A stretch of 64,000 bases of DNA. Source: an uncultured Gemmatimonadales bacterium. Its GTDB lineage: Bacteria; Gemmatimonadota; Gemmatimonadetes; Longimicrobiales; Gaopeijiaceae. The stretch is taken from positions 640,001-704,000 of the forward strand of contig CAWELD010000010.1 of NCBI GenBank assembly GCA_963809895.1. The letters run 5' to 3'. Below the pieces are notes generated by a model. The model saw nothing but the letters and a program-made list of their open reading frames with translations. It did not search any database and had not been told where the DNA came from. The translations under genes and the position numbers were made by a program. Each line of letters opens with the position of its first letter. Within the stretch, counting starts at the first letter, position 1. Below, in pieces: positions 20,523 to 31,590 of this stretch.

Positions 20523-20783
20523 ATGACGACCGTGACGTTCTACCACTCGGCCATCTGCCCGCGTTGCCGACTGGCGTCCTGGGCGCTCAGTTCAATCCTC
20601 GAGGAGTATCCCCACATTGTGGTCGAGCGGGTCGAATACCTGACCCACTTGAGCGCAGCGCGAGCGTCGGGCGTGCGCTCGATCCCCACGCTGAGCTCGG
20701 GCGAGCACATGCTCAGCGGATTCCTGCTCTCCCCTTCGAGCATCCGGCGGTTCCTGGACTCCCTCGGGAAGGAGCAGCCGTAG
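20523..20783 (+). CDS. Thioredoxin/glutaredoxin-like protein
   Basis: FYHSAICPRC (CxxC) and GVRSIPT; RBS GAGGAG. Confidence 0.8.
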   Translation: MTTVTFYHSAICPRCRLASWALSSILEEYPHIVVERVEYLTHLSAARASGVRSIPTLSSGEHMLSGFLLSPSSIRRFLDSLGKEQP

Positions 20784-20796
20784 AGGAGTGGTGGAA

Positions 20797-21141
20797 ATGA
20801 GCGAGCACACGGACTTCAGCCGCGTCGAACGCCTCGGCCTCTCTCTTGCCGACGTCGAGGCCGGTACGTCGTACGGTGCGCCGGCGCTCGAGGTGGGCGG
20901 CCGCATGTTCGCGTGCATTCCGACGCACCGTTCGGCGGAGCCCGGCTCGCTGGCCGTGCGGATGAGCTTGGTGGAGCGTGACCTGCGGCTACGCCACCGT
21001 CCCGACGTCTACTATCTGAAATCCCACTACGAACCGTATCCGGTGGTGCTGGCGCGGCTGGCCGAGTTGTCGGACGACGAGTTGAGCGAGCTGCTCGAGA
21101 CCGGGTGGGCGTTCGAGCGGGCGAAGGGAAAGCGGCGGTAG
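20797..21141 (+). CDS. MmcQ/YjbR family protein
   Basis: VEAGTSYGAPALEVGGRMFA, PDVYY...HY..YP.VL.RL, ELLE..W. Confidence 0.85.
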   Translation: MSEHTDFSRVERLGLSLADVEAGTSYGAPALEVGGRMFACIPTHRSAEPGSLAVRMSLVERDLRLRHRPDVYYLKSHYEPYPVVLARLAELSDDELSELLETGWAFERAKGKRR

Positions 21142-21145
21142 GAGC

Positions 21146-22700
21146 ATGCCTCGCCCCGCCACCGCACAGCGTTCGCTGACAGCAGCCAGACGCAGGACAT
21201 CCTGGTTGATCGGCGTGGCGTTGACGCTTGGCGTGGTCTTGCGCCTGTGGCAGTGGGCTACCGAGAGGTCGCTCTGGGTCGATGAGCTGTGGATCGCCCA
21301 GAACGTTCGGGACCGAGATCTAGGACGGCCTACTCCTCGAGCCCCTGGCGAACCGGCAGGTGGCGCCCCCCGGCTTTCTGGCCGCGGTGGACGCGTCGGC
21401 ATGGCTCTTTGGACTGGGTGAGCGATCGCTCAGGCTCGTGCCGTTCGTCATGGCGCTGGTGGCGCTGTTCCTGGTGTGGCGGGTGGGGTCGCGGTTTCTC
21501 ACCGGCTTGCCGTTGGCGGGTGCGGTGGTCCTGTCGGCGGTGAGCCCGGCACTCGTTTGGTACGGAGGCGAGGCGAAGCAGTATTCAGGCGACATCGCGT
21601 GGACGCTGCTCCTCGTGCTACTCGGCCTTCGGTACCTGGAAGACCCTCGCGACATGAGGCGTGCCGTTTGGGCGTCGGTGCTCGGCGTCCTCGCGATGAT
21701 CTCGTCGCATCCGGCGGTACTGACCGGCTTCGTGATCGGTGTAGTTCTCACGTGGGACTGGGTGCGGGACAGGGAGATCGCGGAGCTCCGGTGCCTCGCC
21801 ACGATGGGTGTCGGTTGGGTCATCGGCGCAGCCGTCGCGACCTGGGCGTCACTTCGGTTCACCACCCCGGAGGTTCGGGCGTACATGCACGACTTCTGGG
21901 CCGAAGGCTTCGCACCGTATGGTTCTGGACTCGTCGCAGTCCCGCTCTGGCTCCTGGGGCGGGTGTGGCATGTGCTCGCGCACTACCTGGTCTTCCTCGA
22001 AGCAGAAGCCGGGGTCCTCGCTCTGCCTACGGCGATGCTCGCCGTGGCCGGACTCGTCGTGCTCCTGCGCGAGGACCGGATCAAGAGCTTCGTTGTGATG
22101 GCGCCGCTGCTCGCGGCCATGCTCGGCGGCCTGAGCCTTCTGCTTCCGATGAGAACCAGAGTGGCCGTCTACGCGGGCGCCGCGGTGTTGCTGCTCGGAA
22201 TGGCGGGACTGCAGGCGCTCTTGCAGAGCCGTTCGCGCTGGTGGAAGGGGATGGGGGCCGTGATGGCCGTGCTCGCCATCGTGCCGATTCCCCTCATCGT
22301 GCTGGGCACGTCACGGCCGCCATATCGCGCCCAGGAGACGCGCCCAGTGTTGGCGACGCTTGCCGAGCGCCTGCGTGAGGACGAGGCCGTCTACGTGTAC
22401 TGCCCCGCCAAGGCCGCCGCCGAATTCTACGGACCGGCGTTGGGCGTCGAAGGCTACATCGAGGGGGGATGCTACGAGTCGGTGAGCGGGTTCCTCGATG
22501 AGTTGAGGACCCTGCCCCCTGGGCGTGTATGGTTCTTCTACACCCACCGGACCGAAGCACGGCCGTATCCGGACTCGGCGAGGGCGTTCTTTGCGGCTCA
22601 CGGGCGCCAATTGGACGAGATCGAGGATCCGTTCGGCCTCACGGGCCAGGCCCAGGCTGCCGCGATCCTCTACTTTCTTGATCCGAGGGACGGAGGGTAG
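21146..22700 (+). pseudogene. GT-C/PMT-like (GT39-type) membrane glycosyltransferase, frameshift near 21330-21355
   Basis: RSLWVDE in the 21146 frame; APPGF, ERSLRL.P, EAKQY and many TMs in the 21360 frame. Confidence 0.75.
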
Positions 22701-22716
22701 TCGTGGCGGCGCTCGG

Positions 22717-23628
22717 ATGACCCCGCACCCTGATCCGCCCCTCTCTCTCCGCGACGCTGTGGCATCCGCCGTCGGCAAGAGGCCGGTGAGTTGGCACAGG
22801 CCGCGCACCGGACTGTCAGCCGCGCACCGCTACGTCGTAGGTCTGTCTGACGGCTCGCGCCTCTTCGTGAAGGCGGCCGTGGACGACGAGACCGAGGGTT
22901 GGCTCCGGACGGAGCATGGGCTCCTGACCGAGCTGGCCGACGATTTCCTGGCTCGGCCCGTGGCATGGGTCGAGAACACCGAGAGACCCATTCTCATCAC
23001 CGAAGACCTCAGCCACGCGCATTGGCCCGCCGATCACGATCCGGTTCGGTGGGAGCCTGGCCAGCACGAGCTGCTGTTCGAGACGCTCCGGCGTGTCGGG
23101 GCGGTGGCTGCGCCCGAGTGGCTCCCTTCGGCGGGAGCGGCGGCTCCCTCGAGATGGCGATCCATCGAACGTGAAGCCGATCGGTTTCTGGCCCTCGGGC
23201 TGTGCAGCGAGTCGTGGTTCCGGGAGGCGATCCCCGGTCTGGTCGATGCGGAAGAGGGCCTGTCGCTCCAGGGCGACGCGCTCGTTCATGGTGACGTGAG
23301 AAGTGACAACCTCTGCTTCCAGGAGGACCGGACGGTGCTCGTAGACTGGAGCAATGCGTGTCGCGGCCGTCCGGATCAAGACCTCGCCGCAGTCGCCAGC
23401 ACGCTGCCGCTGGAGGGTGGGCCCGATCCCGTCACGGTGATGCCGGCGGGCGGGGGTTGGGCTGCCTATCATGCGGGCCTGGCGTCGCGGCGGGCCTACC
23501 GTGACGAGCGAGCGCCCGAATGGCTCCGGCTCGTCTTGCAGCGGTTGGCCGCGATCAACCTGAAATGGGCCTCGCAGGCGCTCGACCTTCCACCGTGGAC
23601 GGGGGTGGACTGGCGTGACGTGCGCTGA
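22717..23628 (+). CDS. APH/choline kinase-like phosphotransferase
   Basis: LFVKA, LITEDL, HGDVRSDNL, LVDW. Confidence 0.85.
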   Translation: MTPHPDPPLSLRDAVASAVGKRPVSWHRPRTGLSAAHRYVVGLSDGSRLFVKAAVDDETEGWLRTEHGLLTELADDFLARPVAWVENTERPILITEDLSHAHWPADHDPVRWEPGQHELLFETLRRVGAVAAPEWLPSAGAAAPSRWRSIEREADRFLALGLCSESWFREAIPGLVDAEEGLSLQGDALVHGDVRSDNLCFQEDRTVLVDWSNACRGRPDQDLAAVASTLPLEGGPDPVTVMPAGGGWAAYHAGLASRRAYRDERAPEWLRLVLQRLAAINLKWASQALDLPPWTGVDWRDVR

Positions 23629-24118
23629 CCGGGCCGGCACGCCCCGCTCCGACACGGTGCGGAAGATCCGACGGGTGTGTCTCGTCGTCCTCGCGGTTGC
23701 GATGCCCGGAAGTTGCTCCGACGCTGGCCCCGTTTCGGAGCGTGACGCCGCACTCGTCGCGATCCTGCGAGCTCAGCAGTTGAGCCCAGCATCAGAGAAG
23801 GTCCGCCTGGCCCCCATCTGGATTCGTGGAGAGCCGCTGGACAGCGTCCCCGCTGACCTGATCAGCGTCCTCGCGGACTCCACGGGCCTGAGGATCGTGT
23901 CTGCCGAGGAGCTCTCCAGCCACGATCCGAATCTGCTTCTCATCGGCGTTTCCAAACCCGTTCTCGGTGCGGGCGACACGATCCGGGTGAGTGCGGGTTG
24001 GGAGCGGCTCGGGAGGGGCGCCGGCGATCCGAATTGGGGCGTCGAATACTATTTCCGCATGCTCTGCAGGCCCGACTGCAGGATCGTGAAGGAGCTCGGA
24101 CCCGACGTGTGGAACTAG
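23615..24118 (+). CDS. Hypothetical lipoprotein
   Basis: Hydrophobic stretch followed by GSC; C-terminal EYYFRMLCRPDC..GPDVWN. Confidence 0.55.
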   Translation: MTCADRAGTPRSDTVRKIRRVCLVVLAVAMPGSCSDAGPVSERDAALVAILRAQQLSPASEKVRLAPIWIRGEPLDSVPADLISVLADSTGLRIVSAEELSSHDPNLLLIGVSKPVLGAGDTIRVSAGWERLGRGAGDPNWGVEYYFRMLCRPDCRIVKELGPDVWN

Positions 24119-24122
24119 GCTG

Positions 24123-24980
24123 ATGGGACATCCGAGGAAGCAGATGAGGAAGGCGGTACGGGAAGCGGTGCTGCATCGGTTCGAGGCATGCCTTCCGGGA
24201 ATGTCACGGCGCCTGGACGTCCCCGCCTATACCCGGGAGCCGTATGACAATCTCCTCCCGGCCCTGGCCCCGGCCCTTCTGGACGACTTCGCGTCAGGCG
24301 ACGGGAGAGAGCTCGAAGGTGACCTTCCGAAGTTCTGCGCCGCTCATTCGTCCGCTGCGTTGGCCGCGAACGCGTTCGGGTGCTTTCGATTCCACCCGGA
24401 GCGCCTGCGTCTCGCGGGGCTGGCGGGCTTCACCGAGGCGCGGTTCGAGCACCGGCTCTCCACCGGCCTTCCAGGGAATCCCCCGAACCTCGACTTCTTC
24501 ATCTCCGGACCGAACGGTGCCGTGGCCGTGGAGTCGAAGTTCACGGAAGTCCTCGCACCCAAGGTGGCGACGTTCGCCGCGTCGTACTCCAAGGCCGTGG
24601 AACGGCTCGCGGACTCTGCCTGGCAGCGACTCTTCGAAGCACTGAAGGAGAACCCCAGGCGCTTCACGAAGCTCGACGCGGCCCAACTGGTGAAGCATTA
24701 CCTGGGCATGCGGCACTCCCTCGCGGACCATGCGGGCCGGTTGGTGCTCCTCTACATGTATTGGGAGCCCAGCAACGCTCAATCGATCCCGGAGTTCATC
24801 GCTCACGCTGAAGAGGTCGCGGCATTCTCCAATATCGTCCGTGACTCGGAGGTCCAGTTTCTCGCCATCGGCTACCCGGACCTCTGGGATGAATGGAGCC
24901 GCTCCGTCTCGTGGGAGGGAATCGAACCTCATGTAGGGGCGCTTCGGGCACGGTACTCGATGCCGGTACCGCCGGTGTGA
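24123..24980 (+). CDS. PD-(D/E)XK putative restriction endonuclease (PGN_0703-like)
   Basis: GDGREL, HSSAALAANAF, FE..L, PPNLD, VESKFTE, DAAQLVKHYLG, LYMYWEP. Confidence 0.75.
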   Translation: MGHPRKQMRKAVREAVLHRFEACLPGMSRRLDVPAYTREPYDNLLPALAPALLDDFASGDGRELEGDLPKFCAAHSSAALAANAFGCFRFHPERLRLAGLAGFTEARFEHRLSTGLPGNPPNLDFFISGPNGAVAVESKFTEVLAPKVATFAASYSKAVERLADSAWQRLFEALKENPRRFTKLDAAQLVKHYLGMRHSLADHAGRLVLLYMYWEPSNAQSIPEFIAHAEEVAAFSNIVRDSEVQFLAIGYPDLWDEWSRSVSWEGIEPHVGALRARYSMPVPPV

Positions 24981-25017
24981 GGCTCTGCCGCCAGGTCATT
25001 CGCACAAGCGAGGGTTC

Positions 25018-25945
25018 ATGGAGGCACGATCGCCGTTCTGGATGATGGAGCGTCCGCCGGCGGACCGGCATCTCGACAGCGAGGCGGTACGCACCGTGGT
25101 ACGAACGCAGTTTCCCGATTGTCCGGCCGCCACCGCGACGCTCCTGGGGTCGGGGTGGGAGCACGACGCGTATGTCGTGGATGAGTCGATCGTCTTCCGG
25201 TTCCCCCGCTACGCCGATGTCGCCAGGGGCCTGAAGTATGACGTCGAGGTCCACGCGCTGGTCTCCGCGGTGCGTCGGAGACGCCGTTCGGGTGCCGACG
25301 GTGGACCGCTTCGGGACAGCCAGCGACATCTTTCCGCACCGATTCGTCGGCCATGACCTCGTGCCCGGCGTGGGCGCGGAAGACCTGGACGCGAAGCACG
25401 CGCCCCGTCTGGGTGCCGACCTGGGTCGAGCCCTGACGCGGGTCCACGACATCGATCCCGAATCGGCCCGTGCGATCGGCGTGCCCCTCCTGCCCCACGA
25501 CTGCGAAGCGGCGATCGCCGCCCTCAATGAACAGGTCCGCGTCGTCCCGATAAGCTCGGTGGCGCCGAAGCCGGCGTCGTGGCTGGCGGGAGGTCCTGCG
25601 ATGCCGTCTCCAGATCCGAATCCACCGCGCCTCATCCACAACGGACTCCACGGAGAACACGTCATCGTCGATCCCGCGACTGGGGCATTGTCCGGGATCA
25701 TCGACTGGAGCAGTGCGGCTGTGGGGGATCCCACGGTCGACCTGGCGTTCCTGTTGGTGCTCGGGGGGCCGGAGCTCCTGGGTGCGGTGCTCGCGAACTA
25801 CGAGCTCGCCCTCGATGAAGGGGCCGAATGGCGGACGCTGTTCCGAGCGCGGGTGCGGGCGCTCGGATGGCTGGTGAACGCGGTGCGCCTGGGCGATCCC
25901 CTGGACCGCATCATGGAACAGGTGCGATATGTGTTCGCGCTCTGA
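25018..25945 (+). pseudogene. Aminoglycoside phosphotransferase-like protein, frameshift near 25270
   Basis: LLGSGWEHDAY..VFRFPR in the 25018 frame; IHNGLHGEHVIV, GIIDW, GDP..DLA in the 25238 frame. Confidence 0.75.
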
Positions 25946-26624
25946 GAATTCTGGTGCGCCTACGGCTCCTGGTGCCATCGAGGCCTCACTCGCGGCGAGC
26001 CCCGGCGTATCCGCGGCTGCCTATTTCGGCTCGACGGGCAAGGGCGAGACGGACGCATTCTCCGACATCGATCTGGTGGTGTCGTGCTGTCCGAAGGCCG
26101 CCGTGCTCTTCGTTCGTCGACTTCACGGGCTCCTCGGCCTGGCGTTGTACCGCCCCTTCACGGAAGGTCGGCACCCGGCTGGCCGGTACTGGTTCCGTGG
26201 CGTCAGTCCCTTCCAGAGGCTGGACGTGAGCTTCTATCCTCCGGATGAGTTCGGCGATCTGTTGCTCAACGGCCGGGGGTTCGCGCAGCCTCCGTTCCAG
26301 TCGATCGAGTTGCCGCCGGTCGCGTCGCCACCGGAGTCGACGCCGGACCTCCCCGAGTGGTCTGCACTGGATCACGAATTCGGGGGAGCCCTACGCCGGC
26401 TTCACGAGGCCGCGAAGGCCGAGGCGCGCGGTCGACAAGCGAAGCTGCCGGCCAAGGTCGCGGCCGAGCGCGTGCGAGAGTTTCGGTCGCGCGGCCTGCG
26501 GCCGGAGGCATGGGAGCTCTTCGAGCACACCATGGACTTGCTGGGCGGCACCGGCTCGGTGAGGGTATCGGAGACTGGGCAAAACGCGTGGCAGCCCTGG
26601 CGCGCTCGCCAGCCCAGCCGATGA
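25929..26624 (+). CDS. Nucleotidyltransferase (Pol-beta superfamily) domain protein
   Basis: FGSTGKGETDAFSDIDL motif and a later RLDVSF. Confidence 0.75.
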   Translation: MCSRSENSGAPTAPGAIEASLAASPGVSAAAYFGSTGKGETDAFSDIDLVVSCCPKAAVLFVRRLHGLLGLALYRPFTEGRHPAGRYWFRGVSPFQRLDVSFYPPDEFGDLLLNGRGFAQPPFQSIELPPVASPPESTPDLPEWSALDHEFGGALRRLHEAAKAEARGRQAKLPAKVAAERVREFRSRGLRPEAWELFEHTMDLLGGTGSVRVSETGQNAWQPWRARQPSR

Positions 26625-26663
26625 TGGTCGTCATGGCTTACCCGCTCCTGCGTAGGAGAGGAT

Positions 26664-27152
26664 ATGAGAACGATGACCGTAGTGCTGTCCGCGCTCGCAA
26701 TGCCCTCGTTGCTCTACTCCGCGGCGGGTGTTCAGGAGAAGGAGCCTCGCACCCTGTTCGTCGCTCCCTTCTCGGCAGAAGCGGGCGCCAACATGGCGGC
26801 TGAAATCACGGCTCGGGTCCGGGCCTCCCTGTCGGCAACCGAGGGCATCGAGGTCGGCGATTGGGAGGCGGCGGTCGACCGATTCTCGCGCGCGCGAAAT
26901 CTCGAGGCCGGGGCTTTGGAGCCGTGGGACTGTGTGCGCGCTCGGCAGGTCGCAGCGGTCCAGCAGATCGAGCTGCTCGTGTGTGGGGTAGTGCGGACGA
27001 CTCCCGACGGCTTCCGCGCCGAGCTCCAGATCGTCGACCTGTCTCACGGTGCCAGCATCGACCTGGACCCCGGGGTCGCACGGGATCAGGATGGACTGGT
27101 CGATCACATGTGTGACGAGGTGGTGGAATGGTACCGTCAGAGCGGCGGGTGA
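26664..27152 (+). CDS. Exported hypothetical protein
   Basis: RBS AGGAGAGG; signal peptide. Confidence 0.6.
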   Translation: MRTMTVVLSALAMPSLLYSAAGVQEKEPRTLFVAPFSAEAGANMAAEITARVRASLSATEGIEVGDWEAAVDRFSRARNLEAGALEPWDCVRARQVAAVQQIELLVCGVVRTTPDGFRAELQIVDLSHGASIDLDPGVARDQDGLVDHMCDEVVEWYRQSGG

Positions 27153-27487
27153 CGCGGCACCCGGACCCCGAGGCGCCGGAGTGGCAGGGCGACCAGGCTC
27201 ATCGCCACCTGGCTCGCCGGGACACCCTCGACCAGGTCGCCGCCGAGCTGGCCAAGAAGCGGCGAAAGAGAGCGGTGGTTCGATCGTTTCTCGTGGGCCT
27301 CGCCGCGACGAATCTGATCGCCAAGCTCCAGCACGGCGTCGACCCGGTGAAGGTTGTGGTCCTGACGATCGTGATTCTCGCGATCTTCCTGATCCCGTTC
27401 GAGCTCTCCTGGAGACCGATCATTGCTCGGCTCGAGGGCGCCGCGGAGGGTCTCGGGGCCGATGATGAGAAGAGCCCAAGATCCTGA
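27149..27487 (+). CDS. Small two-TM hypothetical protein
   Basis: GTGA overlap with the upstream stop; two hydrophobic helices. Confidence 0.55.
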   Translation: MTRHPDPEAPEWQGDQAHRHLARRDTLDQVAAELAKKRRKRAVVRSFLVGLAATNLIAKLQHGVDPVKVVVLTIVILAIFLIPFELSWRPIIARLEGAAEGLGADDEKSPRS

Positions 27488-27502
27488 CCGGAGCTCGGCC
27501 CC

Positions 27503-30500
27503 TCAATTGGGGCGCCAATCCGCGGAAAGGCTACCCTGACGAAGCTCCATGAGGCCCGTCCCGTCGGCGTTGACGATGTATAGGAGCAGCACGGTGCCGG
27601 CCGGTCGCTGATCCTGATACGGAAAGACGATCCGGTCGTCTTCCGGTGACCATGTCGGTGCCGTGATGCCATTCCCGAAGGGCTCGCCTTCGCCCAAGGG
27701 GACTACGACGAGATCCTCTCCGGTCATCGCATCGGCCACGACGAGGGCCCACTCCGCGAAGCCGTTCGTGCCTGCGGCCGTGATGCGGTAGTAGGCGATC
27801 TTCGTTCCGTCTCTCGAGTAGCGCGGCGCGGCCACGTCGCGAGGATGGTCGTCCAGGCTCAACTCGGCGTCGAGGAAGGGCTCGGGCTTGGATCCGCTCC
27901 CTATCAGGTGCTTGTGGATGGCCCAATTGCGATCCACGGTCTCCGAGTTCTCGGCGACGAATACGATCTCCGACCCGTTGGGCGACCAATCGGCGTAGTC
28001 TGGATAGATGGAGGTCGCAGCCGCGTCGTAGACGGGGGTGAGGCTGCCAGTGGCGACGTCGGCAACGAAGAGTCCGGCGTTCCCTCCGCCATACGACAGC
28101 ACGAGTAGCTGACTCGCATCGGGAGACCACACCGAAGTCGTGTGGCTACGGTCCTGTGAGTCCGTGAGCACGATGCGGCATTGGCTCCCGTCCGCGCTCC
28201 AGATCAGGACTCCGGTCTGGCTCTGGCCGGGGCAGGAGGCGTCCCACGCGAGGATCTCTTCACCGTCGGGGGACCAGCGAGGCTGCCGTCCGCGGCCGGG
28301 AATCTGTTGAGTCTCGCTCCCATCCGTGTCCATCAGGAAGAAGTCGAGGCTGCGGAAGGGCTGCCAGAGGATGTCTCCGGGAGGGGAGGGATCCCAGAAG
28401 TGGTCTTCACCCGGGTGAACTGCGAACGAGGTGCCGATGTCGAAGAGGGTATCGCCCGCTGCACCGAGCCCGACGAGTCGAGCCTCCCATTCCTCGCCGG
28501 GGTCGCCGACGGGCACGGTATAGACCTGCCAGAGCCCTTCGCCGTCCGCTTCGATCCCGCTGTGGAAGCGCTCCTCCCAGGTCGTGTTGTCGTCGGGTGC
28601 GGTAACGGAGGACCAGATTTCGGCCGGCCCGGTGGCGTCCAGCTTCTTGGGCCGAATGGCGATGTCGGCCGAGATGATGAGGTTGTCGAGGTCGGTGACG
28701 TCGTAGTGCGGATCGTCGAAGAGCTGTTGGAGCACCTGCAGATCGGTAACCGCGGCGTCGACGGCGCCGGGAACGACGGCGGTCGAGGTGAGATCCACCA
28801 GGGTGTCGCCATTGAGGTCGATGAACGGGTAGACGAACTCATCGAATCGGAAGGCCTTTCCGTTGCCGTTCAGGTCCTTCTTCGGATGGCCGAGAGCGCC
28901 GTCCAGGGCCAGCCACGGCGGGTCCAGCACGTAGAGGTAGCCATCCCTCCAGCGACGAAAGTCGGCCATGTCGACCCGGCCGTCGCCCGGTCCGCCGTCG
29001 CCGTCGGCATCGGTATCGGTGAAGTCCGCCTCCGTGTCGGGGTCCCAACGCAGGTTCCCGTCCACGGTGCCGTCGTCGATGTCGGTGAGCATCTCCAGGG
29101 TGCGCACGTCGCCGGCCTCGTGAGCCGCCCCGTAGGCGTCGATGCGTGGAGCCGCTCCCCCGCCGACCGGGATGGAGGTCCGCATCAGGAGGTCCCGCAT
29201 CGGATTGGAGTTGAACGTGGGATCGGGGATGGAGGGGTTCAGGGTGTAGAGATAGCCCACGAGGCCAGCCACATGCGGTGTTGCCATGGACGTGCCGCTC
29301 TTCACCGAGTAGGAGGTGTTGATGTCGGCCGAGTCCCCGGTACTGAGGATCGCCGAGCCCGGAGCCGAGAAGTGACCTTTGATATTGGAGAACGATGATC
29401 GCGTGGCGCCGCCGGGCGCTGCGGAGCTATTCCGAACGGACTCGATGATGAGGATGTTCTGGTTCGCCTGTTCGATGGCCGCGCTGGTCATGGGACTGTT
29501 GAACGTGCCGTTCTTACCGCCATCGTTTCCGGCGGAGGTCAGCCAGACGGGGAGAGGCCTCAGGGTGGCGAGCGATTTCTGGATGTTCGAGAACACCCTG
29601 CCTGCTCTGCCGGCGAAGTTCTGGGCCGTGATGCTCTGATCGGAGTCGATGGTGGGTTTGATATAGGACCAGTTGAATCCGAGGCTGGTGCTCACGACGC
29701 GGATGCTGGGATTGGCGACCAACAGGTTCATGGAGCGCAAGGCCATGCCCGCCCATGAGATCTGCTCCCTCGCGCGAGTCCCTCCCCAGTCCACCACCGT
29801 CATCAGGGCGAAGGGATTGAGCCCGTCGACCCCCTTCTCGTTGTCGTGGACCGCCCCGACGATGCCCGCGACGTGAGCACCGTGGTCATGCACTTCACCA
29901 GGAGAGAGATTGGTGTAGGCCAGATCGGGATGGGCGGGCGCGAAACCGACGTCGATTACGAGCGTGCCGGGTGCCCGGCTCGCTCCCGACTGGATCGCTT
30001 TACGAATGCCCGCATTGAGATTCCAGAGTTGAGGCACGCGGATCCGCTCGAGCCCCCAATTGCCTCCGGTGGGTGTGTTCTCCCAGGTCCAGTTAGCGGG
30101 CTTTCCGTCATTGGGACGCGTGACCACGTCGGCGCTCAACGCTGCATCCCGAACGGCCACCTCGACCGTCGGCTCCTGATCGAGCTCAGCGATCAGGGCA
30201 TCCATCTGCTCGTGGGTCTCCGTACGGGTTCGCAGGAAGAGGACGCCCGGCGCCTGCCCGGCGGCACCCGATAGCCCACCGATGATCGTTGCTTCGATGC
30301 GCTGAAGCACGGCATTCGCGTCGCCCACGGTCGTACCGACGCGGAAGCTGAGGATGACGATGTTGCGGGTGAGCGGCAATCCGGGCAGCTCGGGATGGTC
30401 GGTCGTGAAGTCGTCCGGACCGGGCTCATAGACCATGTCCGGGATCGCCTCCGCTGCGGGGTCCGAGGAGGCCCCCTCGAGCTGGTCGGCCGCGAAGAGC

Positions 30501-30912
30501 ACACGGAGGCTGGCAGACCCATCGACCGTCCCGCTCTGGACGGTGAGAGTCACGTCTCCCTGGTATCCCGTGATCCGGACATTCGCCGTGATCGTGCCTG
30601 TTGCGAGCGTCAGGGCAGAGGGAGTGATGGAGCCGTCGGAGACAGACAGCGTGACCGTCCCGGAGAAGTCGCTCGCCACCGAACCGTCTTGGGTCCGGGC
30701 CGTCACCGTGATCGGAAATCCCGGTCCTCGGCCGCGGTCTCCGGCGCGATCACGTCGAAACGGGTCGGGGGCGAAGGTGGCGGATCGTCGTCGTTGGGAC
30801 CGCTCGGCCCGTCACCGTCTCCACAGGCGGTGAGGGCTCCTGCCAGGAGCACGAGGAGCGAAGACACGGCGCGCGCTCGGCGTCCGAAGAGTGTCGTTTC
30901 GTCGTTCGTCAT
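27503..30912 (-). CDS. S8 subtilisin-like serine peptidase lipoprotein with DxDGDG repeats and PD40 propeller; signal peptide separated by a frameshift near 30720
   Basis: Catalytic triad VIDVG, HGAHVAG, GTSMATPHVAG; WSPDG repeats; lipobox LTAC in the 30703-31098 frame. Confidence 0.9.
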
Positions 30913-31089
30913 CACGCAGTGCCTCCGTGTCAGCGCTCGCAGATGAGGCGACCCGGAGCCACCCCTCTCGCGCTGGACTACGTCAGAGTCGCGGGACGGG
31001 ACTGCATCCAGCTCGCCTTGCCCCTCGGCGTCCCGGGCCGACATGATGCTCTCCTGGCAGGGCGACGCGTCCTCGGAACCACGCCGGTT

Positions 31090-31544
31090 ATGCCCCATGG
31101 TGCGCGCTATACCTCGATCGGTGACCTCCCTTCGCCGGAATCGAAGGTGCAGCGAGCCATTCGGCTGAATTTCTGGCTGTCGGTGGTGCTCTTCCTGGCG
31201 ATGGTCGGATGGTCGTACGTGGTGCGACTTCGTACGGGTCAGCAGCCCGTCCCGATCGGTCTGTCCGACCTCACCATTCCCGCGCAGAACGAGATCAGGC
31301 GCGGCGGCGTAGAATTCGCTGCGATGGAGCTTTTCCTGGCCTGGTGGTTCTACCGGAAGGGCGGTCGGGAAGCGCGAGGCGCCGCCGCTTTCGGGGGCTC
31401 TTCCTCATCGCGGGATTGTTCGTCCTCCTGGGCTCGGTGGCGCCGGGTGACGTGGTGGGCACGATCCCGCTTCTGGGAATGGCCTATACCATCGGCTCAC
31501 ATCTTCTCTACGCGGCCGCCGGCAGCAGCCGACGCCTGCGCTAG
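31090..31544 (+). pseudogene. Membrane hypothetical protein, frameshift near 31375
   Basis: TM helices split between the 30919 and 31209 frames; start uncertain. Confidence 0.45.
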
Positions 31545-31590
31545 CACGGGCTGCCAACCTCGTGGCCGCGCCGCGGGTCCGGATGACCGT

